Below are positions 55,613 through 64,000 of a DNA stretch of 64,000 bases, piece by piece. Position 1 is the first letter of the stretch. Every line of letters starts with the position of its first letter. Under the pieces are notes generated by a model that searched no databases, was not told the origin of the DNA, and saw only the letters and a program-made list of their open reading frames with translations. Position numbers and translations under genes: made by a program. Origin of the DNA: Pseudomonadota bacterium (GTDB lineage Bacteria; Desulfobacterota; Desulfovibrionia; Desulfovibrionales; Desulfovibrionaceae). Where the stretch lies: the NCBI GenBank assembly GCA_023403845.1, contig JAEYDL010000016.1, positions 5,315-69,314 of the forward strand. Direction: 5' to 3'.

Positions 55613-56446
55613 TCAATTACGACCGACGGGATGTTCCCGCAAGTAACGGACTGCATTGGTGAACAGCGCCGTTCCGGGTACGGCGACCTCGCCGCGCGTC
55701 CACCCGGGATGATTGGTCGCGTGATGGAAAGCCTCCGGATGCGGCATCAGACCAAGCACGCGCCCGGTAGTGTCGGTAAGTCCGGCGATGGCGCACGGCG
55801 ATCCGTTGGGATTCCAAGGATAAGTCTGCGTAGGTTCGCCGGTTTCAGGGTCGGCATACTGAAGGGCGATCAGATTCTCTTCCACCAGCCGCCGCATGGT
55901 TTCCTCATCCCGGGCCACGAGCTTTCCTTCTCCGTGGCGGACCGGCATGGGCAGCAGGCCGTATTCAGCAAGACCTGCAGTAAAGACGCACGGACTTTTT
56001 GGATTGGGCTTCAGCTGAACCCAACGGTCCTCGTACCGGGCGGAGTCGTTATGGCTCAGGGAAACCTGCCGCTCGAAACGCTTGCCGTCCAGAGCGGGCA
56101 AGATTCCCAGCTTCACCAGCAGCTGAAAACCGTTGCAGATACCAAGTACAAGACCGCCGGCGTCGACGAATTCCCGCAGGCTGTCCAGCAGCGGACGCCC
56201 GGCGGCGTCGGCAAGGTGCAGCCAGCGCTGCGCGGCTGCCTGCCCCGCCCCAAGATCATCCCCGTCAAGAAAACCGCCGGGGAACACAAGAAACTGATAG
56301 TCGCTCAGCCGGACTTCCGCGGCCACGATATCGGAAAAATGCACCACATCCGCCCTGTCCGCTCCGGCAAGGCGCGCGGCATGCGCCGTTTCCTTATGGG
56401 AATTGGTGCCGTATCCGGTAATGACCAGCGTATTGACCTGACTCAT
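55613..56446 (-). CDS. purQ: Phosphoribosylformylglycinamidine synthase, glutaminase subunit
   Basis: 277 aa. Class I GATase triad context: GICNGFQLL (Cys) and MPHPE (His/Glu). Confidence 0.8.
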   Translation of the reverse strand: MSQVNTLVITGYGTNSHKETAHAARLAGADRADVVHFSDIVAAEVRLSDYQFLVFPGGFLDGDDLGAGQAAAQRWLHLADAAGRPLLDSLREFVDAGGLVLGICNGFQLLVKLGILPALDGKRFERQVSLSHNDSARYEDRWVQLKPNPKSPCVFTAGLAEYGLLPMPVRHGEGKLVARDEETMRRLVEENLIALQYADPETGEPTQTYPWNPNGSPCAIAGLTDTTGRVLGLMPHPEAFHHATNHPGWTRGEVAVPGTALFTNAVRYLREHPVGRN

Positions 56447-56787
56447 CGTCCACCCTTTTCCTGTCTCTAGAATTATGGCGTCCTGCCGGACTTGCCCGCA
56501 CCTGTTTCATGGCGTGGCAGTCGTCCCCGATTCATGTGGGGGATTCACTTTAAGCGGCACGGCTCTTCCAGTCAATGCCTGTTTTTTTTCCGCGAACAGG
56601 ATATTCTTGCCGGATAATGTTTGCAAGCATGGTTGACGCGAGAGACAACAAGCGCCATTGTAACAGGGATCGAAAACAGGGATTCTTCTCCACCCGGTCA
56701 GGTTCGACGCCCCAATGGGCCGGACGGAAGTTCATTCTGTTTTTCCTGCGGGAGCGCCTCGCGTCCGTTTCGTTTTTATCCCGCTGA

Positions 56788-58485
<1,698 letters not shown>

Positions 58486-58536
58486 TTGACCCGCGGCCGG
58501 GAAACCGGCCGCGATCAGCCTCTACCCCGAAGCCAT

Positions 58537-59361
58537 ATGAGCACCCCTATGACGCCAGATCAACTTTATGCGCAACTGACGCAAGATCACTTCATTTTTG
58601 CCGGCCCCTGCGTTCTGGAAAGCTTCGAGCTTGCCCTGGATACGGCATGGGCGGTCAAGGAGGCGGCCGAAGCGGCCGGCCTCTTTGCTGTCTTCAAAAG
58701 CTCATGGGACAAGGCCAACCGTACCTCCGGCAAAGGTTTTCGCGGTTACGGACTCAGCCAGGGACTGGAGTGGCTCGCCCGCATTAAGCAAGAAACTGGT
58801 CTGCCGGTCGTCACGGACATCCACCTGCCCGATCAGGCGGCCCCTGTAGCCGGGGTTGCGGACATTCTCCAGATTCCCGCCTTTCTTTGCCGCCAAACCG
58901 ACCTGCTGCTCGCTGCGGCGGCCACGGGTCGCGTAATCAACGTCAAGAAGGGACAATTCGTCGCACCCTGGGATATGGGGCAGGTCAAGGCCAAAATCCT
59001 CTCCGCCGGGAATCCCAGAGTGCTGCTCACCGAACGGGGAAGCTCCTTCGGCTACAACAATTTGGTCGTGGACTTCCGTTCCATTCCCATCATGCAGGAA
59101 CAGGGCGTTCCGGTCATTTTCGACGCCACCCACTCGGTTCAGCTGCCGGGAGGACAGGGAACCTGTTCCGGCGGAGACCGCCGGCATGTGCCGCATCTGG
59201 CCCGTGCGGCAGCCGCAGCGGGAGCCGACGGCATTTTCATGGAGTGTCACCCCGATCCGGACAAGGCTCTGTGCGACGGCCCCAACAGCTGGCCCGTCGA
59301 CAAACTTCCCGCTCTTCTTCGACAACTTGCCGCCATCTGGAGACTGCCCAATGACCTGTAA
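58537..59361 (+). CDS. kdsA: 3-deoxy-8-phosphooctulonate synthase
   Basis: ORF 58486-59361 (TTG start), trimmed to the ATG at 58537. [24 protein letters not shown] and [11 protein letters not shown] blocks. Confidence 0.9.
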   Translation: MSTPMTPDQLYAQLTQDHFIFAGPCVLESFELALDTAWAVKEAAEAAGLFAVFKSSWDKANRTSGKGFRGYGLSQGLEWLARIKQETGLPVVTDIHLPDQAAPVAGVADILQIPAFLCRQTDLLLAAAATGRVINVKKGQFVAPWDMGQVKAKILSAGNPRVLLTERGSSFGYNNLVVDFRSIPIMQEQGVPVIFDATHSVQLPGGQGTCSGGDRRHVPHLARAAAAAGADGIFMECHPDPDKALCDGPNSWPVDKLPALLRQLAAIWRLPNDL

Positions 59362-59947
59362 TCTGTTGCAGCCCGAAGGTTCAGAAACCGCCGCTCCCTT
59401 CTCCCGTCCTCCACGCAGGCTTCCCGTAGAAACCCTTGCCCGCGATATTCGTCTGCTTGTACTTGATGTGGATGGCGTCATGACGGACGGAGGTCTGTAC
59501 TATGACGCAACCGGCCTGATCATTAAACGCTTCCATGTACACGACGGCATCGGCATCCGGCTGGCCAAAAGCGCCGGTCTTGAAATCGCGGTCATTTCCG
59601 GCATGGACGTGCCCTGTGTGGCCAAACGTCTTCAGGAACTCGGCGTAACCGAATATTACGGAGGAAGGGACAACAAGGCCACCATTCTTGACGAAATCCG
59701 CAGTCGTCTCGGCCTTGAATGGGAAGAAATCGCCTACCTCGGCGACGACTGGGTAGATCTTGCCCCTATGAGCAAGGTAGGACTTCCCGTGGCCGTGGCC
59801 AATGCCCTGCCCGATGTGAAGGATGCGGCCCGCCTGGTCCTGCAGAAGGAAGGCGGCAACGGAGCCGTTCGCGAACTCATCGATCTGCTGCTTACCTGTC
59901 AGGGCAAACGGGACTCCATGCTTGAACAATGGAAGCACCTCGCATGA
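59351..59947 (+). CDS. kdsC: KDO 8-phosphate phosphatase (HAD superfamily)
   Basis: ORF 59186-59947, trimmed to the ATG at 59351, which overlaps the kdsA stop. HAD motif [13 protein letters not shown], later GDDWVDL. Confidence 0.85.
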   Translation: MTCNLLQPEGSETAAPFSRPPRRLPVETLARDIRLLVLDVDGVMTDGGLYYDATGLIIKRFHVHDGIGIRLAKSAGLEIAVISGMDVPCVAKRLQELGVTEYYGGRDNKATILDEIRSRLGLEWEEIAYLGDDWVDLAPMSKVGLPVAVANALPDVKDAARLVLQKEGGNGAVRELIDLLLTCQGKRDSMLEQWKHLA

Positions 59948-60672
59948 AAAAAGCGCCTCTTCTGGTCGCCACGGTCATCGTTCTCGTCCTGGCTGGAGGC
60001 TGGTACCTCTCCCGCAGCGGAAGCGTTTCCCTTCTGGGAAAAATGGCGGAGGTGGCCAGGCAGGAAGCCATCTCGACACTTGACGGAGCCGCGACCGAAG
60101 ACGGCAATCCGCTGGAGGAAGCCGCCGGACTGGCTATCAAGGGCATTAACCTGTTTCAGGGAGACAAGGGCATCGAACTCTGGCGTCTGAAGGCCTCCTG
60201 GGCTCATCTGACGCGGGAGGGAGGCGACATCAACGTGGAGAAGCCCGTGGTCCGGTATGCTCTGGGAGAAGCTTCCGCCGCCAATCCCGATGACGATGTG
60301 CTCGACGTCAAGGCGCTCAAGGGACAGGTCACCGACAATCAGCGTCATCTGTCCCTGTGGGACGACGTGGTCATCACCCGGTACGACGACACCATCACCG
60401 CGCCGCGCATGAATTACGATACGGGTACCCGCACCATGACATTCCCCGAGGGAGCCGCTCTGGACAGCCCCCAGGCCTCGGGGACGGCTGGTGTATTCAC
60501 CTGGGATCTCGCCAGCAACACCATGGTCGGCACCAATGGCGTGGTCGTCATCCTCAAGCCCCGCACCGAAACATCTGATTCCGGACAGGCTCTCCCCACG
60601 GAAACACTCCCCCCTTCTGTTTCCGAACAATCCGGAACCCAAGCCGGGAAACCGGCTTCCACGGCTTCCTGA
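59944..60672 (+). CDS. lptC: LPS export protein LptC-like (N-terminal membrane anchor)
   Basis: The ATG at 59944 overlaps the kdsC stop (ATGA). [22 protein letters not shown] anchor. The call rests mainly on its position between kdsC and lptA. Confidence 0.7.
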   Translation: MKKAPLLVATVIVLVLAGGWYLSRSGSVSLLGKMAEVARQEAISTLDGAATEDGNPLEEAAGLAIKGINLFQGDKGIELWRLKASWAHLTREGGDINVEKPVVRYALGEASAANPDDDVLDVKALKGQVTDNQRHLSLWDDVVITRYDDTITAPRMNYDTGTRTMTFPEGAALDSPQASGTAGVFTWDLASNTMVGTNGVVVILKPRTETSDSGQALPTETLPPSVSEQSGTQAGKPASTAS

Positions 60673-60822
60673 ATATAAAGGAAAACCTTCAAATTTCAGC
60701 CACGTCCCCATCGATTTCATTGTCTGATCGGTCCGACGCGGCCCTTGTGCACAAAAAACGTCATCGGCTTTCTTCCGTCCATGCCACGCGCTTTCCGGAC
60801 GAATGGAGCCAAGGAACATCCG

Positions 60823-61386
60823 ATGAAACATTCTCTGTTTGCCATAACCGCTCTGACGTGCGCCCTGTTTACGGCTTCCGCCTCAGCCGCTCCCATTGCC
60901 CCGCCCAAGCCGGCCAAAAACGTGGAAACCCGCATAACCTCGGACAAGATGACCTACCTTGCCGACCAGCAACGCGTTCTCTTTGAAAACAATGTTCATG
61001 TGGAACGCCCGGATTTCGAACTCTGGTCATCCAGACTCACTGTATACATGAAGCCGGCGAACAAGGACGACGACCAGAAAAAAGGCAGCCTGCCTTCCGG
61101 AATGGCCGCCGGTGATGTCGACAAGATCGTCGCCGAACAGAATGTCCGCATGAAAAGCGAAAATCGTACGGGAACCTGCAGTAGGGCCACCTATACCGTG
61201 GATGACGGCGTACTGGTCATGGACGGCAACCCACGCCTGACTGACGGCGAAAATACGATTTCCGGCGAAGTCATTCGCTACTTCACCGAAGAAAACCGCA
61301 GCGAGGTTCAGGGCGGTGCCAAAAAACGGGTGGAAGCCGTTTTTTCGAGTCCCGACAAACCCGCTACGGTCAAAGGAGGCCGCTGA
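60823..61386 (+). CDS. lptA: LPS transport periplasmic protein LptA (OstA-like)
   Basis: ORF 60745-61386, trimmed to MKHSLFAITALTCALFTASASA (signal peptide). ITSDKMTY ... NVHVERPDFELWSSRLTVY is an OstA-type fold sequence. Confidence 0.8.
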   Translation: MKHSLFAITALTCALFTASASAAPIAPPKPAKNVETRITSDKMTYLADQQRVLFENNVHVERPDFELWSSRLTVYMKPANKDDDQKKGSLPSGMAAGDVDKIVAEQNVRMKSENRTGTCSRATYTVDDGVLVMDGNPRLTDGENTISGEVIRYFTEENRSEVQGGAKKRVEAVFSSPDKPATVKGGR

Positions 61387-62108
61387 TGGCCACGCTCGCC
61401 GGCGTAGATCTCAAGAAGTGGTACGGCCAGCGCGAGGTCGTGCGCGGCGTATCCCCTCAGGTCAGTCAGGGAGAAATTGTCGGGCTGCTTGGACCCAACG
61501 GAGCAGGCAAGACGACATCCTTTTATATGCTTACGGGAATCATCAAGCCTTCATCCGGACGTGTGCTGCTGGAAGATCAGGATATCGGCACCTGGCCCCT
61601 TCATGAACGGGCACGGGTAGGCATTTCATATCTTCCACAGGAAAGCTCAGTTTTCCGCAGACTTACAGTGCGTCAGAATCTCCAGATTATTCTGGAACAT
61701 ACTGGACTTTCCCACAGCGAACAAAAAAAACGTGCGGATATGCTGCTCTCTGATTTCGGCCTGACCCGTCTGGAAAAATCGCACGCCATGCATCTGTCCG
61801 GGGGTGAAAGGCGACGCCTGGAAATTGCCCGCGCCCTGATCCGCGAACCCAAGTTCGTCCTGCTCGACGAGCCTTTCGCGGGCATCGACCCTCTGGCTGT
61901 AGGAGACATTCAGGGGCTGGTCCGCGCCCTGCGTGAACGGGGAATCGGCGTATTGATTTCCGACCATAACGTCCGGGAAACCCTTCATATCTGCGACCGA
62001 GCCTACCTCATGGTTCAGGGGCAGGTCATCTTGTCCGGAACCCCCGAGTACATCGTGACCAGTGAACAGGCTCGCAATCTTTACCTTGGCGAGAGCTTTT
62101 CGCTCTAG
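61386..62108 (+). CDS. lptB: LPS export ABC transporter ATPase
   Basis: 240 aa. Walker A GPNGAGKTT, signature LSGGERRRLEIARAL, Walker B FVLLDEPFAGIDP. Confidence 0.9.
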   Translation: MATLAGVDLKKWYGQREVVRGVSPQVSQGEIVGLLGPNGAGKTTSFYMLTGIIKPSSGRVLLEDQDIGTWPLHERARVGISYLPQESSVFRRLTVRQNLQIILEHTGLSHSEQKKRADMLLSDFGLTRLEKSHAMHLSGGERRRLEIARALIREPKFVLLDEPFAGIDPLAVGDIQGLVRALRERGIGVLISDHNVRETLHICDRAYLMVQGQVILSGTPEYIVTSEQARNLYLGESFSL

Positions 62109-62769
62109 CCCGGGCACGACAGCGTTCACAGGAGGGCGGCAGGCAGGCAAAGCCGAACGCGACATGCAGGCCTCCGCCCCTCTTTCTTAATAAGGACTTC
62201 TCCGCAAGGATCCGATCCGGCATTTTCGGCTGAACTTCGTTCAGACTTTCCACTTGTGCTGTTTTTCTTTTGCTTCTCCCCTCAGCTAGCCCCTGCCTCA
62301 TCCATTTTGCTCGCAAATATGATCCCGGTGATTCCACCACTTCTTTCTATTTCTGTCGAAAAATACACGTAATTTCCGTGTTATTCTCTTGTTATATGGT
62401 TACAGTGGCATTTTAAAACATATATCGAAACTATTTACACTTCATGAGTGCAGGAATACAATGGATATCTTCACAGTAAATGATTTATTATGCAGTTACA
62501 ATATCTTTTTATACGAAACAAAAATTCAATGAATACTATGCAATAGATAATGATGCTCAAAATAAAACTGTCCATGCAGGAAATTTTTATTCCTACAATA
62601 CCGGATCTGCTTCTGAAATATGCCTTTATGGAATATGTTGCTATAAATCGACATTTTCACTGCATGTCACCGGATGGGATGGAACACGGCCTGTGCTAAA
62701 AACTGGAGCATCCGGAAAAATGCATTGTTACGAAAAATACGAGAGTTTCTTGCAACAAAACAGCTTATC

Positions 62770-62785
62770 TGGCATAATCCCTGCA
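62770..62785 (+). promoter_or_regulatory. Sigma-54-like -24/-12 motif TGGCAT-N5-CTGCA about 100 nt upstream of rpoN
   Basis: TGGCATAATCCCTGCA read directly; the remembered consensus is TGGCAC-N5-TTGCW. Function is doubtful because the predicted start site falls inside the next hairpin. Confidence 0.25.
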
Positions 62786-62792
62786 TGGGATT

Positions 62793-62822
62793 GGACGGAA
62801 ATCCGCATTCCGTCCCTTTTTT
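62793..62822 (+). terminator. Rho-independent terminator-like hairpin inside the lptB-rpoN spacer
   Basis: GGACGG-AAATCCGCATT-CCGTCC followed by C and TTTTTT (62817-62822). Confidence 0.55.
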
Positions 62823-62885
62823 GGCCTTGCGCAGGCTCGTGGAAAACAGTTTTTGCGGGCGACACAAAAGACGGGAAGTGCTCCA

Positions 62886-64000
62886 ATGGTACTGGAACTC
62901 AGACAACAGCTCAAACTATCTCAACAACTTGTCATGACCCCCCAACTGCAGCAAGCTATCCGGCTGTTGCAGCTCTCCCGTCTGGAGCTGGTGGAAACGG
63001 TACAACGTGAGCTGCTGGAAAATCCCTTTCTGGAGGAAGTTCAGGAAGAACCTGTCCCCACTGAACAAAACGAAGTCCGCAAGGAAGTCCAGCAGCCTGA
63101 TGAAACGTATGACCGCGAGGTAGCCCGTTCCGAAGACTGGGAAGACTATCTGGGAGAATTTGCCAGCACCCCTCAGTCCATGCAGCCGCGAGACCATGAG
63201 CTTCCAGAGGAAATGAGTTCTCTGGAGGCCAGATATGCATCCAGTCCCACGCTGGAAAGTCACCTCATGTGGCAGTTGCGCCTCTCCTCCCTGACCGACG
63301 AGCAGAAGGAAATCGGGGAAATCATCATCGGCAATCTCTCATCCTCCGGTTATCTTCAGGCTTCTCTGGAAGAAATAGCGGACATGGTCAACACCGATGC
63401 GGTGGGCGAACACCCGGAAAAGGTTCCTTTTACGCCCGAGGATGTGGAACCGGTTCTCCGTGCCATTCAGCTTTTCGATCCCATCGGCGTGGCATCCAGG
63501 ACGCCGAGCGAGTGCCTGCTCGTTCAGATCAGGGCGCTTGGTTATGACCGGGACGCCACACTTGTAGATCTGGTTTCCAATCACCTTGAAGATCTGGAAG
63601 CCCATCGCTACAAGCCGCTCATGCGCAAATTTCATCTGGATACGGAAGGCCTCAAGGAATATCTGGATATCATTCAGTCTCTTGATCCCATGCCGGGAGC
63701 GAGCTTCGGAGATGGGGTACCCACCTACGTCAGTCCGGACGCCTTCGTCTATAAGGTGGACGGAGACTTTCTCATCATTCTGAATGAGGAAGGCCTCCCC
63801 AACCTTCACCTCAATCCTGCCTACGAGGCCGTAGCCGAATCCGCCGAAGGCAAGGAAAGGGATTATTTCGCCGACAAGATCCGCTCCGCCTCATGGCTGA
63901 TCAAAAGTCTGCACCAGCGCCAGCGTACCCTGTACAAGGTCGTGGAAAGCATCGTCAAGCATCAGCGTGGCTTCTTTGAGGGCGGGGTGAGCAAGTTTCG
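62886..64000 (+). CDS. rpoN: RNA polymerase sigma-54 factor; the 3' end runs off the window
   Basis: Not in the ORF track because it leaves the window. My translation is MVLELRQQLKLSQQLVMTPQLQQAIRLLQLSRLELVETVQRELLENPFLEE..., the canonical RpoN region I, then an acidic region II. My translation stayed open to 64000. Confidence 0.9.
   Translation, partial: MVLELRQQLKLSQQLVMTPQLQQAIRLLQLSRLELVETVQRELLENPFLEEVQEEPVPTEQNEVRKEVQQPDETYDREVARSEDWEDYLGEFASTPQSMQPRDHELPEEMSSLEARYASSPTLESHLMWQLRLSSLTDEQKEIGEIIIGNLSSSGYLQASLEEIADMVNTDAVGEHPEKVPFTPEDVEPVLRAIQLFDPIGVASRTPSECLLVQIRALGYDRDATLVDLVSNHLEDLEAHRYKPLMRKFHLDTEGLKEYLDIIQSLDPMPGASFGDGVPTYVSPDAFVYKVDGDFLIILNEEGLPNLHLNPAYEAVAESAEGKERDYFADKIRSASWLIKSLHQRQRTLYKVVESIVKHQRGFFEGGVSKF

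Noticed and set aside
62480-63010. 176-aa plus-strand ORF in the lptB-rpoN spacer
   Set aside because: It runs through an intrinsic terminator (62793-62822) and overlaps the well-supported rpoN start in another frame. It is probably not a real gene as drawn.

Overview
The window is about 64 kb of high-GC chromosomal DNA from a Gram-negative bacterium. The kdsA-kdsC-lptC-lptA-lptB-rpoN block shows the Gram-negative origin. Gene content (FmdE-domain protein, TIGR04076-like protein, HesB-like selenoprotein, sigma-54) suggests a Desulfovibrionaceae-like organism, but that is inference only. Most of it is densely packed housekeeping and transport genes. These include a partial GntP-type permease, cfa, thiolase, a patatin-like lipase and zur-znuACB. 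Next come a flavodoxin/ferredoxin protein, a YgaP-like rhodanese, an aromatic amino acid permease, a GGDEF protein, pyrR, rarA, an acyltransferase and speB. They are followed by a Bcr/CflA MFS pump with a TetR regulator, a GntR regulator, a GT-C-like membrane protein, and pstS with a fused pstCA and pstB. Then come a GATase, aroQ, an SGNH hydrolase, a BtuFCD/FecBCD-type ABC importer with an FmdE-domain protein, HU/IHF, HIT, a radical SAM protein, a DEAD-box helicase, a GT4 glycosyltransferase and cysK. The last part holds dtd, an acyl-CoA ligase, ispDF, RNase P RNA, a Nif3 plus zinc-ribbon pair, purQ, pyrG and the LPS/rpoN block. I saw no rRNA, tRNA or CRISPR array. The best finding is a gene missing from the ORF track: a 107-codon HesB/IscA-like gene (18385-18708, minus strand) with an in-frame TGA. 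The TGA aligns to a cysteine in a Cys-containing paralog about 0.5 kb away, so it is a likely selenoprotein with a tandem Cys twin. Other notable items follow.
- A perfect 21+21 nt palindrome covers the promoter and SD of the MFS pump gene.
- An IS200-like element carries a nonsense codon in tnpA.
- A low-GC rrf2-flavodoxin islet has duplicated TGTAA-N9-TTACA sites.
- An AT-rich insert with its own terminator sits between lptB and rpoN.
- Several 0.8-1.3 kb stretches have no convincing gene.
All calls come from hand translation and remembered family motifs, and no searches were run. The supplied ORF track uses ATG, GTG and TTG starts and often over-extends N-termini, so I trimmed many starts to the first codon with a Shine-Dalgarno (SD) sequence.
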